Source: the human T2T-CHM13v2.0 reference genome, Homo sapiens. Taken from it: a stretch of 64,000 bases of DNA. Below, one piece after another: positions 37,591-50,838 of this stretch. Each line of letters begins with the position of its first letter. The stretch's first letter is position 1. The translations under genes were made by a program, and so were the position numbers. The stretch lies in the NCBI RefSeq assembly GCF_009914755.1, contig NC_060944.1; one strand, given 5' to 3'. Below the pieces are notes generated by a model that saw only the letters and a program-made list of their open reading frames with translations, was not told the DNA's origin and searched no databases.

Positions 37591-37941
37591 CAGAGCTTGG
37601 CCAATAGATAGTATTCAGCAAAATTACATTTCCTTCGTACTCTCATTCCTTTTTGATGAGACAAAATAGAAAGGAGGATTTGGATATATACATAGATTAA
37701 ATTCTGAAGTAAAGGAAGAAACTAGAGGGAAAAATAGATGACTTATCTTTGGTCATGAAGTAGAAATTCATGAGCTTTGTCCTCTGAAAAGCTGGTGAAG
37801 AATCACATGAACAGAAAAGATTCAGGGCAAACACTGAGTGGAATGAAATGGGGAAAAATAAAATGACTATGGAGCAAACTTAAGAACCTTGGAGGCAGAA
37901 TGCAACACATTTGAGAATCTTAAGGGTTCAACTGACTTTCT

Positions 37942-38410
37942 CTGTGGGAAGCCCCTAAGATGAACCCCAGTGATATCCGCTGCCTGCCTGGTATCCACAC
38001 CCTTGTGTAATCTCCAACTCTCACGTGTGGGCTGGACTTACTGACATATCTAACAAACAGAATACCAAGCAAGGGATGGGATGTTACTTCTATTGTTAGG
38101 TCATAAAAGATCATGACTTCTGTCTTGGGTGCTCCCGTTCTCACTCTTTTGTCACTTACCTTCCAAGGAAGCCAGCTGTCATGTCATGAGGCAGCCCTGT
38201 GGAGTGCATGTGTGGTGAAGGACTGCAGCCCTCAGATGGGGCTATAGAGCCACCAGTGGCTTGACTGCAACCTTGTGAGAGACTTCGAGTCAGGGTCATG
38301 TGGCTAACTAAGCTGCCCAGGTTCCTGAACCACGGAAACCATGAGACAATGTTTGTTGTTTTAAGCTGCTAGGTTTTGGGTAATTTGTTACTCATCTCTA
38401 GATAACTATA
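37942..38410 (+). mobile_element. MLT1F-like MaLR solo LTR
   Basis: 'tgtgggaagcccctaagatgaaccccagtgat' through 'tgttgttttaagctgctaggttttgggtaatttgttac'. Confidence 0.75.
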
Positions 38411-39969
38411 ATAATACACTCATTATCCACTAACCAGCTGAAACAGAGATATCTTACAAAGGCGTTTTCCTGGGGTTGGGGACCAGGTAGCTGGGTCAAA
38501 GAAAAGATATTTTTTTCAGTGTCTTTGAGAAGTTCAGTGCCCTCTCCTGCAAAATGCACCAAACTTTTCCTGGTGAAAGGACATTTATGTAGTTCAAGAC
38601 CATTGGCTCCCACTGAACTTGTGAAGGAAAGGGTTGCAGCTGTCAGCTTTTACCCCATTTAAAATTGTCAGTGCCCTGTGCCTGCTGAGTGTGATAATCT
38701 CAGAAGCCCTGAGGCTGCCATCCACGTTTAAGACATCTCACTACTCAGCCACCAGCAGGAACCGCTTCTACCCAGATGTGCCTCTTAGCTGCGGTGTTCA
38801 CAGATACCCATTTGTCTAGTTCATTAGTGACTGTAATGTAAGAATTTTCTGGAAATGACACATTGGGGTTAAGTGGGAGAGTTCACTTGAAGTTCAGTTC
38901 ACAGTTCACATCTTAGAGGGATGGCCTCCTCTTGGGCTGTAACCCATAAGAATGTGTGCCTTTTGCACTTCAGGATTCCTGGAGATTGTGGAATGTGACT
39001 AGCATAAACCAGATAAACAAGTAGACAAGGTGGCATATTTTGATAACTAATGCATGTCTCATGGGGTTTGATTTACCACTGTCTTGGCCTGTGGGTGGAA
39101 GTCTGTCCTGCTAGTTGTTCCAAAGATGTAATCCTCTCCTACCTTTATCCTTAGGACTACTTTTCATTTAGGGTCTTCTAGGTGTCTTGAAATGCAGTAA
39201 AGAGAATTTTCCACATGAATAAGTTGAATGCTGACCCAGCAGTTTCGGAGGCCATTTGGAAATCCAGCTACTGTTGAAAGTTGTTCTTTAATAGGTGACA
39301 ACAGGCAGAACAACTAACATCTCCACCAGAGGAAACACAGTACTTGCTGAAATGCACTGGACTGTTTGTGGGACCTCATTCATATCCCACACAACTCCAG
39401 GGGGCATGAGATGGAGCTCACCTGAGTGGATGCGCCTCTCCAAATCCTGCCTTCATACTTCCCATGTTGTTTCACCATGGTCTCGTTCTAAACCTCTACT
39501 GTCCATAATTTATCTTATACTCTGGGAAGTTTTTCCTATTTAGTGAGAAGAGAAGACTTTCTCCTAAAGCTACGATCTCTGCTCCAGGTTTTTGGAAAAA
39601 TTAAAAAGAGTAAGAATTTTTTTAAAATTTATGTTTTTTCTGTATCATCTCTTCCCTGTTGTCTCAAATATACAATTCCTAACCTGACTGGACAGAGGAA
39701 AGTACAAGGAATCAACTAAAAATGGCTTAATGCTTCAAATATATTATCTTTGTATTTGCCACATATGCATAAATACATTTATAGAATCTAGAAGCTATTT
39801 ATGATGCAGCCATTTCTATAAACAGTAATTTATAAATAATTGATGTGGTTTGGGGTCCTTAAAGTGATTAAGCTCTACAGCTTAGCATCCTGGGACAGCC
39901 ATTAAAGTCAGAACATCACAATTCTGCACCTGTAGTGCCTGGGGTGCCCCTGGGATTTGCTCAGGCTGT

Positions 39970-40230
39970 AATAACAATAATTGCAGCTATTTGTTGAGCA
40001 CTGATGTTGTGAAAGACCCTGTACTAAGGACTGAATGCTTTTTATCCATTATCAATATTCCATATATAACTCTACAAAGTATTATTTTTTCCCATGTTAC
40101 AAATGAAGAATCTAAAGCTCAGAGACGTTAAGCAATTTGTTCAAGGTCTCCTAGGTAAAAACTGGCAGAGCTGATGCACAGACCCAAGTCTGCCTGATTC
40201 CAGAGACCCTGGTCTTTCTGCTCTACCATT
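39970..40230 (-). mobile_element. MIR SINE
   Basis: Core 'cccatgttacaaatgaagaatctaaagctcagagacgttaagcaatttgttcaaggtc'. Confidence 0.8.
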
Positions 40231-41064
40231 GGATTGGCTTGTATTTTCCCCATGAGGCCAGGACATGTGTACAGGCAGTTTATTCGTGAGGTGATCCTAG
40301 AGATTAGGACAGAGGAACAAGAGAGTGTGAGGAAGGGAGGAAGAGCCAATATGAGAAGCATTTTCCTGGGGTCACTGCCATGAAAAACTTGGATTCAATC
40401 CTTTCTAGAACTTTCTAAACAGCTTACAGATGTCTCTCAGAGTCTTCAATTTGAGAACCAACAGGGAGAAATGATTATCCCCCGATATTTGAGGGCTGTC
40501 TCTGGAGGTCCTAGAAGCTCTGTACTTCCAGGAAGTCCATCCATACCTGATGAATGGTCTGTGTTGCCTCTGAAGCATGAGGGAAGCCCCATAATAGAAA
40601 GAGAAAGACTCACAGGAAACAATTGAGATGAGATACAGTGGGCACAGAGGAAGTCTACGCCTATAAGGACCTGCCTGCTGCACCCGCACCTGGGATTGCA
40701 GTGAGGCTGAGACTGTGAGCTGGGGCACCAAGGTCCTCTGATACAGTCACACTCCCCCACATTCAGCTCTTTCAGGCCACATTGACCATGTGAAGCCATG
40801 TGAAGCCTTCTGCCTCATTGACACCCAAGTGACAAACCAGCTCCACCCCACAAATTAAGTCTTCAAGGATTTTCTTCCTTATTGAAAATAGCAGATAGAC
40901 CAATGAGATCCTGAGTTTCTTGTTGAAATAGGTGCTGTTTTCCAATGGAAAATAGGAGGCTAGAAGAATTTAGTTAAAATATTCTCCTATTCAAGATATA
41001 AATAACTTGATGTTCAGTATCATGTTGCCATGAGACCGAGTAAACAAAGGTATAGCTTTGATTC

Positions 41065-41636
41065 AATAACTCAGAAGGGGCTGAGATTTCCCTCCACTTG
41101 CAAACAAATGGGCGGGTCTGCCATAGTTTCATGGAGGCAGGCAGAATATAGGAGACTCCTGTGTCAGAGAAAAAAGGACTTTCTCACTCAGGGCACACCA
41201 AGAAGCATGAACATTCACTTATTTTTGTTGGTTCTGCTTACCCTCAAGTCCAACAGGGGCTATGCAAGTGGGCCCAAATGGATGCCTATACATGTAGTAG
41301 GTTGCATTAGAGAAGGGAGGAGAGACCTTGAGCTTAAGGAATCTGAAGCTTGTATATTGGCAGGCAAGCTCTCCCTTTGCTCAGAAGGAGACATTATTTT
41401 ATTATCCTGGGTAGTAAAAATGCCTGCCTTTTCCTCTAGAAGGAGATACTGTACCTACCTTCCAAGGATATGAGCAAACCTCCCCTTGACATCAGAGGGA
41501 GACACTATCTTTGTCTTCCAAGGCTGCTAAGTATACAAATATCATTGAAAAGATAACCTGGAACAAAAAGCAGATTATGCCTCACTCACAAGATGTGCAG
41601 AAATGCAAGAGATCCATAAATAATTTCCTTTAATAC
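41065..41636 (-). mobile_element. ERVL solo LTR of the MER54/MER73/MER74 group
   Basis: The minus strand reads 'ggatctcttgcatttctgcacatcttgtgag...cagccttggaagacaaagatagtgtctccctc'. Confidence 0.65.
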
Positions 41637-41789
41637 TTTGTTTGTAGTCTAGTAGCAACAGAATCGACCTCTGGTTGACCAGTACATAGATTTTGTTACT
41701 GCCTTGGTGACGCATGGCACATTTCCTGACTTTGGAGGGACAGAGGATGAAAGGACAGGCCTAAAATACTTGGATTTGCAGCAATTTTG

Positions 41790-42290
41790 AATGGAGAGAG
41801 GGAGAGGAGGATAGTAGGATGGTGGGGGTGGGAAAATAAAGAAATAAGGAGAGAGACTCAGAGAGAAAGTATATGACATATTCAGAAGAGGAGACGGAGG
41901 TATAGAAAGCTTGGGTGGATGGATGGTTGGATGGGCAGATGGAAAAATAAAGATTAATGCATCCATGGATGGGTATATAAATGGATGATAGATGGATTAA
42001 TTATGCAAATAGAGAGATTGAATGAGTGAGAGAAAGAGAATGAAAGAATAAGACACAGGGAAAAACGGGGAGACAGATAGTAATCCACAGGGTCTGAGAC
42101 AGAGTTAGAGAAAGTCACAGAGCTAGAAAGAGCAAACAGGAAGACAGAGAGACACATGGAGATACAGAGAAAGGCAAAGAAATAATATGATTGGATGGAC
42201 AGACAGAGATGATGAGTGAAAGAAATGAAAGTAATGGATAGATGGATGGATATATGGATACAAGATAATTAAAGAGAGAGAAGAGGTAAT
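41790..42290. repeat. Purine-rich (GGAT)n/(GA)n low-complexity tract
   Basis: Degenerate ggatggat and gagagaca repeats. Confidence 0.75.
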
Positions 42291-43611
42291 GTAATAAGAA
42301 GGTCATGAGTCTGGGCTCTATATTCAGATCTGGTGGTTTGGGTTCTGTCACCGTCTAACTGCATAGCTTTCAGCAAGTTCCTTTCTTCATCTGTCAAATG
42401 GGAATGATAATGATAATGCTGGCCTCAGAGGGTCAATTTAAGTCTGAAATAAAATAATCCTCATACAGGCTTAGGAAGTTGGCAGGCACATGATAATGAT
42501 ATTACATAGAAAGATAACTTGTTACATCAGCTGAGACACCCATTCCTATAAATCTTATAGGCTTTAACATTTTCAGCACTCACGTTAAATTTTTGCTTCC
42601 CATTGGAGCTATAGCTGAGTCTGGCAGATGTGTCAAACCCTGATAAAGCCAACACTAGCATCCAACACTCAAATAGCAATTTTATGCAAACGGGATCTTC
42701 TCATTATGTTATCCTTCTGCAATCCATAATTATTGCTTCTGAATGAATCTGAGGTTTTCTTCATTTCCGTGAAATGAGGTCACACTACTTATACAGTAAA
42801 TTAAAGGCAAATTGAGCAGATGATATGTATAAAATAGGAAACATGCAGTTTTTAGGGCTATTGACACAGTGCTAAATGAGTTGGTTTCCAATCCAAACCA
42901 AGTATTTATATAATTTGGTTCAGCATCCGTACATTCAGATGGAAACCCACACTCTTTACAGACTTGTTACTCTTTTACTCTTTATAGAGTTAGCATTTAT
43001 GATGAGGAATTACTTCTTGAGTCCTATGATTCCAGTTTTATATCCAAGCACAGAATGTTTTACAGTTCATTCTTGCTAAAGAAAAAAAAAAGATATCCTT
43101 GCCTAAGTGCCTAAGTTATTTTGGTATTTCACATTATGGTGAAGCATTGCCAAATAAATTGACGTGAAAAGCACAACCTAAAATGTTTTGGCTACTTCAC
43201 AATGCGTTAAATAATCTTCTTTTGGGTTGCTTCTTTAATTGTTCTTCATACATCTAAACATTTACATTTCAAAGGATGGTTATAATTTCTAGGACATACT
43301 AATAACTAATTCAATTAGTTACTCACTTTTAATGAGGGTGAAATGAATAAAAAATATACTGATTTAGAAAAAATATGTGTGTTTTTTTCAAACACTTCTT
43401 TGCCTCTCTCATCTCTTAATCCTCATTGGCCTTATGAGTAAACAATTACGCAGATGGTACAATTTGAAGAGCAACATCATAATGCATATGAAAGAGCTTC
43501 ACAATGCATTCCTGTCCTTTTTCTGTTAAATATCTCTTTAGTCATGAATTTCTACTATTAGATAGTCTTTTATTTGGTTTAGATAGCCTTTTCTATATAA
43601 ACCCTATTTCT

Positions 43612-43917
43612 TCTTAGAGACAGAGGGTCTCACTCTGTTCACCCAGGCTGAAACATAGTGGCGCAATCATAGCTCACTGTATTCTGGAACTCCTGGGCTC
43701 AAGTGATTCTCCTGCCTAAGCTTCCTGAGTAGCCAGGGTTACAAGCATGCACCACCATGCCCACTAATTTTTTTTTTTGTGAGGTGGGGAGGGCATGGGT
43801 AGAGATGAGGTCTCACTGTGTTTCCCAGACTGGTCTTTAACTCCTGGCCTCAAGCCATTCTCCCACTTCAGCCTCCCAAAGTGTTGAGATTACAGGCATG
43901 AACCGCTACACCTAGCC
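43612..43917 (-). mobile_element. AluJ SINE
   Basis: Diverged dimer with J-type 'gcaatcatagctcactg' and 'ctcctgggctcaag'. TSD-like tatataaaccctattt/tatagatcccttttt. Confidence 0.88.
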
Positions 43918-45784
43918 TATAGATCCCTTTTTAAGATGTAAACACATCTAAATAGGAAAGTTTCAGGTATGCTTGAGGTAAAATCACTTTATTTAGATCA
44001 TTTTCCTTTCTAAGCATTCAGATTCGACAAACATTTTTGAACCCAACTTTAGTGTTGGTCTTGGTGGAGTGACACAGTAAAGAAAGGAGGCCTGTCACTC
44101 ATTCATTCATTAATTTGCCCGTTGTTCATTGAACTCTTACTATGTGTTACACACTGTGCTATACAACTGAGTGTATTATATAGACTTTTTCATCATGGGA
44201 CATGTGGTTTATTTAGTGAAGTGATTAATATGTAAATAATCACAGAATTAATATCTAGAGATTGCAGTGACCTCGATGAAGGGGAGTTGCAAGGAGTTAC
44301 AATGATCTGAAAAGATTCTTTAAGAATGTGAAAGTCTCCAAAAGTTAACTTTGCTAGGGCCATGGGGCTAACCAAGACAGCAAGCTCATATTTAAAGGAT
44401 CAAATGCTTCTGAACAAGAAGTAGAAACCTTTGCAGAAAGGAGAAAAACAGCAGCTTGATGGTCTAGTGAGCTAAATATTAAAAGCAAAGTTTCCCTGGA
44501 AAGTAAGGTTCCATTCACTATTTTCTCTGGCCCAGAGTGTTGATTTCTTATTTCTTTTCAAATAAGAAAACAGGGTCAGAGTGATTTCATGATTTACCTA
44601 ATGTTACCCATCTAATCTGTGGCTATATCTAGACCTTGACCCAAGTTTTCTTAGCCCCAGAACATGTTAGAAACGTCCTGTCTCATAAACAAAGGTATAA
44701 GAAGCACTGCCCTAACGCTTGAAATTACTGAATGTGATGCTAAACATATGTCTAATTTGTGTATAGATTTGCAGAGAAAATGTATATGTTGGGTTATGTT
44801 ACAGTAACAAACAAACCTCAAATGTCAGCGGTTTAAAGCACCAATAATTTGCTTCTAATGCATGTTATATGTCTACTGCAGGTCAATGGGAGGTTCTGCT
44901 CATTCCTGCTACACATGGAGCAGTCACCATTGCAAACATTGCTTCTCATCATGCCAAAGGGAAATATAAAGCTTTATAATGTCTTCCAATTAAATTCTCC
45001 AGCCTGGAAGTGACACATTGCTGCTTCAGCTCATAACTTATTGATTAGAACTAGTCATAAAGCCCTATTCTTTCTGCTGGAAGATGCAAAGACAGAGTGT
45101 TTGGCAGAAACTAATGACTCCCACAGATGCCAGGATTTAGACTTCTTTTATCCTGTCATTTATCCACCAATTATTTACTGGGCACTTGTTATGTGAATAT
45201 AATAGTATATTCGTCCACTATTAATGCATAATTATCACAGAATCTCACTGACATACAACAATAAGCATTATTTTTCTTTTGTTCATGTGTTCAGTGCCTT
45301 GGGTCTGTCTGATCTAGCTTGTGCTCAGCTAAGCAAGACTGTGAGCTATAAACTGTTTAGGTTGTATGGTTCTATGACGTATAGCCCATATTCTCCTGAT
45401 ACCAGTGGTTGCATGAGGCATGTGATTCTCATGGCAATGGCAGCAGTATAAGAAGGGTAGTGCAGACATGTAATGCTCCTTTAAACCTAAGGCTTGGAAC
45501 TTCCATGCTGTCACACCTGTCTACATTCCATTGATCAAAGCAAGCCTATGGCCACGCCCAACAGCAAGAGTGGGCAGAGAAGTGTAATCCATCTCTCTTG
45601 GGACAAACTGCAAAGACTGTGACAAAATACGGAGATCCAAAACAGGGCAATATTTCAATCAATACAAGCATAAATCAGACTGAAATTCTTAACTTTGTGT
45701 AGCTTATATTCTGTAGAAAAATTATCGATAAGGAAAATATGTAAAACTTTAGGTGACTATAACTGTTAACGAAAAGAAAATAAG

Positions 45785-45910
45785 GGACTGGGTGTGGCAG
45801 CTCCCACCTGTAATCCTGACACTTTGGGAGGCTGAGGCAAGAGAATCTCTTGAGTTCAGGAGTTCAAAATCAGTCTGGGCAACATAGGGAGACCCTGTCT
45901 TAAAAAGAAA
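45785..45910 (+). mobile_element. Alu monomer (FLAM/AluJ left arm)
   Basis: A single arm ending 'gagaccctgtcttaaaaagaaa'. Confidence 0.85.
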
Positions 45911-45913
45911 TAA

Positions 45914-46205
45914 TTTTTTTTTTTTTGAGATGGAGTCTTGCTCTGTTGCCCAGGCTGGAGTGCAGTGGCGTGATCTCGGCTCACTGCAAGCTCCGCCTCC
46001 TGGGTTCATGCCATTCTCCTGCCTCCTGAGTAGCTGGGACTACAGGCATCCGCCACCACACCCGGCTAATTTTTTGTATATTTTTTTAGTAGAGATGGTG
46101 TTTCACTGTGTTAGCCAGGATGGTCTCGATCTCCTGACCTTGTGATCCTCCTGCCTCAGCCTCCCAAAGTGCTGGGATTACAGGCGTGAGCCACCATGCC
46201 CAGCC
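45914..46205 (-). mobile_element. AluY SINE inserted antisense in the tail of the monomer
   Basis: 'ctgcaagctccgcctcc' and 'ttagccaggatggtctcgatctcc'. The A-rich tail of the monomer resumes at 46206. Confidence 0.92.
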
Positions 46206-46874
46206 AATAAATAAAAATTTAAAAAAAAAATTAAGCAAGGAAGGAGGGTAAGAAGAACAATCATGGAAATAGTGGTTGAAATTTTAGACCAGGAAAGAAG
46301 ACCTTGTAAAATAAAATGACAATCCAGTACATTTTAATGGAAGTGAAAGAGGCATAATGTAGGTATCTGAGGAAAATTAGGAAGAAGCAACTGCAAAGGC
46401 TGATTGATGTTGGGGGTCTATATGGCATGCTTGAAGAGCAGAAAGAGGGTGAGTCAAAGTGAGTGAGGAACAGCAAATGAGGGATAAGCTCATATTGTTT
46501 AGGATCAGTAAAACATTTTGTCTTGTAACTCTGAATGGGGTGAAGGTCCACTGGGATATTTCTAGAAAAAGAATGATACCATCTACTTATACCTTTTATT
46601 AGACCAATCTGGCTAGCCTTTGGGGAATGGAATATTGGTGGGGAAGAAATAGAGACTAGCTAAAAGATTATCACAATATTATAGGGGAAAGATAATGGTG
46701 GCTTAGGGAAGTATCATAGCAGTGGATGTGGTGATAAAGCATTGAATCGGTTGAATTCTGGAAATGCTTTGAAGTTGAGACAATCAGGTTTGCTGACAGA
46801 TCATATTTGCAATATGGTGTTAGGAATAATGGCAAGGATTTTGGTCTGATCAACTGCATAAAAACAGCATTGCT

Positions 46875-47179
46875 GGCCGGGCACTGTGGCTCACACCTGT
46901 AATCCCAAGCACTTTGGGAGGCTGAGGTGGGTGGATCACGAGGTCAGGAGATTGAGACCATCCTGGCCAATGTGGTAAAACCCTGGCTCTACTAAAAATA
47001 TAAAAATTAGCTGGACGTGGTGGTGTATGCCTGTAATCCTAGCTACTTGGGAGGCTGAGGCAGGAGAATCACTTGAACCAGGGAGTCAGAGGTTGCTGTG
47101 AGCCGGGACCGCACCACTGCACTCCAGGCAACAGAGAGAGACTCCGTCTCAAAACAAACAAACAAACAAACAAACAAAA
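46875..47179 (+). mobile_element. AluSc-like SINE with (AAAC)n tail
   Basis: 'ggatcacgaggtcaggagattgagaccatcctggccaa'. TSD-like aaaacagcattgc/aaaagcattgc. Confidence 0.92.
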
Positions 47180-48053
47180 GCATTGCCATTCCCTGAGAAG
47201 GGGAAAACTTTGTGAGGAGCACATGAAAAGGGAAGATCTGGAATTTGGTTTGGGAAACGTAATGCTTAATGTGCCTGTTAGTTGCTCAAGTGGAAAGGTT
47301 AAGTAGGTTATCAAATAAGTGAGATGAGTAGCGGATAGGTTCAGGCCGGGGAGATCAATTTAGAAGCCTTCACATATTTGTATGCTTGCATGTATGTCTA
47401 AAGCTATACAAGGTCATGAAAGTAGATGAGATCACCAAGAAAGTGAGTTTAGATGAAATAGTGATGAAAGCCAGGTCCTGAACCATGGGGCACTTCTAAT
47501 TTCCATATCTAAGAAACAGCAACAGAGATTTAGAATAGATGGCTAGAGTATAAAAGAGAAATGATGAGAGTGTAATGTGATAGAAATCAAGTGAAAAAAC
47601 GTTCTAGAGGAGGAGGAAGGTTTCAACTCTGCCCAAAGCTGCTGACGTGTCAAGTAAGATAAGAACACATAACTGTTAGGTTGAGCAATGTGAAAATCAT
47701 TGATGATTTTGTGAGAACAGATTAATGGAAATGATGAGCAAAAGGTTTGTCAGAATGGGAGAATGAGATAAGAGAAATTGATGACAGTGAGAAAAGATCA
47801 CTCTTTCAAGGAGTTTTATAAAAGGGGAGTGTAAAAGTTTTTTGTTTGTTTTCTGGAGACTGATGGGGTATTAAGGGAGAATAATTTTCTTTATAACTGG
47901 GAAAAAATATCATCATAAGACCCACTAGAGCGAGAAAAAACAGTGATACAGCTGAGAGGAAAAAGTTATTGGACTGATGGGCTTGAGGTGAGAAATTTCT
48001 GTGCAAGAGAAGTGGGGTGTGCTTTGTCTATAAACATGGATCTTTCATCCATA

Positions 48054-48932
48054 TCCTGATGAAAAGAGTCAAACTCTGTAAAATATTTGAATAGATTTAT
48101 TCTGAGCCACATATTAATGACCAATGTCCTGTGCCACAGCCCCAGGAGATCCTGAGAACATGTGCCCAAAGTGGTTGGGCTACACCTTGGTTCTATACTT
48201 CTTAGGGAGACATCAGACATTAATCAATATATGTAAGATGTACATTGGTTTCACCTGGAAAGAAAGGACAACTGGAAGCAGGGGCTTCCAGGCCATAGGT
48301 GGATTCAAAGATTTTCTGATTGTCAATTGGTTGAAAGAGTTGTTATCTGAAGACCTAGAATCAATAGAAAGGAATGTCTGGGTTAAGATAAAAAGTTGTT
48401 GAGACCAAGATTTTATCATGCAGGTGAAGCCTCCAGGTAGCAGGCTACTGCAGGCTACAGAGCTCTTATCAGATCTGAAAAGGTGCCAGACCCTTAGTTA
48501 ATTCTCTCCTGGATCAAGGAAAAGACCAGGAAAGCAATGGGGATTTTCTACAGAATGTAGATTTTCCACCCAAAAGATGGCTTTGCAGGGCCATTTCAAA
48601 GTATGTCAAAGAAATGTATTTTGGGGGTAAAATCTTCTATTTCTTTCAGGGCCTGCTATCTGTCATGTGATGCTATACCAGAATCAGGCTGGAATTTGGT
48701 GTCTTATTGCTACAGAAATTTTATTTGATTAGTCTTAATATCTCTGCTTCAATGTTAATGCTGGTCAACTATGCCTGAATTCCAAAGGGAGGAGTGTATA
48801 AGGGAGCGTGTCTGATCCCCATTTCCCATTATGGTCTGAACTAATTTTTCAGGTTAACTTTGGAATGCCCTTGGCCGAGAGGAGGGTCCATCAGTTGGTT
48901 GGGGGTGCTTAGCATTTTATTTTCGGTTTACC
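48054..48932 (-). mobile_element. MER4-group ERV1 solo LTR (~880 bp)
   Basis: 'gaaaagagtcaaactctgtaaaatatttgaa...gagaacatgtgcccaa' and the end 'gcttagcattttattttcggtttac'. Probable 4-bp TSD cata at 48050-48053 and 48933-48936. Confidence 0.85.
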
Positions 48933-50374
48933 CATACTATCAAGAAGGAAGGCAGGTAGGTGAGATGTGCTGGTAGGAGTTAGTGCAAGTCTCTTCTGGA
49001 ACTTCTATTCTCCCACTGAGGAAGGAAACATTTGTCCACTGTCCAAAGTTAGGTGTCTTATTTTCAACTGACGTAGCCCCAGTCAAGTACCTTCTTAAAG
49101 CCAGACTGGTGCTGCAATGCCAAACAAACACAATGTATTTGAAATACTCAACATAGGGAGAAAATAAGGGCCTATAGAAGTAATCAAAGACACCCGCAGC
49201 AAAGACATTTATAGCAACAACCTGCAGATGCTTTTTTGACTTGGAACAAGTGGGATTGTGAAAAAGCACAAAAATACTTGGTCTTCCTGCAGAAGGTCTT
49301 TTGTATTAGAGTCACCTGGTGCTTAGATTTGCATTCCTCTGATGCTCGAGTCTGTGATTCTAAAAAGAAAGTTTATTTGCTTGAGGAAACACTGTTGGAT
49401 CTTTCTGGGGAGAACAGGGGTTGCTTCACAAGCCAAGGTGTTGACAATCCCCTTCCTGAGAGTTGCAGAACCCAATCCATTGTTGAGGGTATGCTTTGAG
49501 AGATCCTCATCAGCTGTCTTGCTTGTGGCTTTGCATGGCCTTCATGTATTCAATATCCAACCTCTTCCCCTCTTGGTATTCAGATACATTCACCTTCAAG
49601 TAACTGAGATAGTCAGGTTTTGCATACCTTTGCCAACTTTTTGAGAGAGGCTTCTCCTTATGCTAATTAATTTAAAATCAACAATCAAATGATATTTTGG
49701 AGCATGTTCTCCCCTTCTGTATTATCCTATCTTTGAGAGCAGGGACTGTCCTCTTATTTTTGGCATCTCTTGAAGGCCCATCATATATAGAATAGGCATT
49801 GAAAAAATTAATGAATAGGTAACTTTTTCACTTTCCCCAGACATAATTAAATTTTGGCTAAGAAAGGAATGCATATGCAAAGTGCCAAAGGTTAACAGCA
49901 AGCCTGTTTAAAACAATAGCATATGTTAACTAATTATGAAAAGATATTTTTTAATTTAAAAGTCTAAAATTATTTTTATGGCAGTTTATGTTTAATTTTA
50001 CCTGCCTCACCTCTGGCTTAGATGACAGATTTCTATTTTAATTATGTAGCTAGTGATTACTACAAACATGTTGAGGATTTTTTTTTTTTCTCTTTCTCTC
50101 TGGAGATTGGAAGTGAGCAGCCATTAGGTATTATCAAGTTCTCCTGGAAATGGTAATGATACGTGGTCAAATAACTAATGCTTGCCAAATGGCTGAGGCT
50201 GACATGCTTCCCCAGAGCCTTGGTATATAAGGAATATTAAGCAGGGGAGGAAGTCTCTGGGATGACACATGTAAGTGTGAGAGTCAGGCTTTGCATACCT
50301 TTGTTTTCTGTCCAGCCCATCTGCCAAGAGCTAAATTCACTCTTTAGCAGTTAGATTTTGTGGCTCACAAAGCA

Positions 50375-50838
50375 CCCTTTTGCTTAGTGTTTTAAAACAA
50401 CAACTGTTTTGTTAGTCCATGATTCTGCAGGTAGGTTAGCCATCTGGACTGGGCTCAGCTGGGTGGTTCTTCTGGTCTTGACTAGGATCACTTATTTGTC
50501 TGGGGTTGGCTGCCAGGTTGGCTGAGGGCTGGCTATTTCAAAATTACCTCCATTAAGATTGCTATTTTTTGCTCTAAATGCCTCTTACCATCCAGTTAGA
50601 TTAGACAGAGCAGGGTTCTAAGAAAGAGCAGAAGCATGCAAATCTCTTTAAGACCAAGACTCAGAAGAGGCATGCTATTACTTTTGTCGCATTCTATTGA
50701 TCTAAGGAAGTCTGAGATCCAGTAACATTTAAAGGGAGGGAAATAGAGTTTATATCTTGATGGGAGGAGCTAGAAAATAGTATTGCAAAGGACTTGGATA
50801 CAGGGAGGTTGTTTGCATAATTTAGCTAATCTACCACA
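50375..50838 (-). mobile_element. MLT1-type MaLR LTR
   Basis: 'cttagtgttttaaaacaacaac...catgattctgcaggt...ctgggctcagctgggtggttcttctgg' through 'taatctaccaca'. Confidence 0.7.

Larger units (their letters stand above)
46230..49020 (-). mobile_element. Long L2 LINE remnant interrupted by an Alu and a MER4-type LTR
   Basis: L2 words such as 'ggtttgctgacagatcat', 'tagatgagatcaccaagaaagtgag' and 'caaagctgctgacgtgtcaagtaagataagaac'. Confidence 0.7.

Noticed and set aside
40786-40807. 10-bp tandem duplication ccatgtgaag x2 (similar ones at ~6592, ~22341 and ~43100)
   Set aside because: These are ordinary micro-duplications with no further structure.
41030-41473. 147-aa ORF
   Set aside because: It lies in an ERVL-type solo LTR and has no recognisable domain.
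48940-49644. Overlapping 87-109-aa ORFs in non-repeat-looking DNA
   Set aside because: No recognisable protein similarity or convincing splice structure, and the lengths are within chance expectation.
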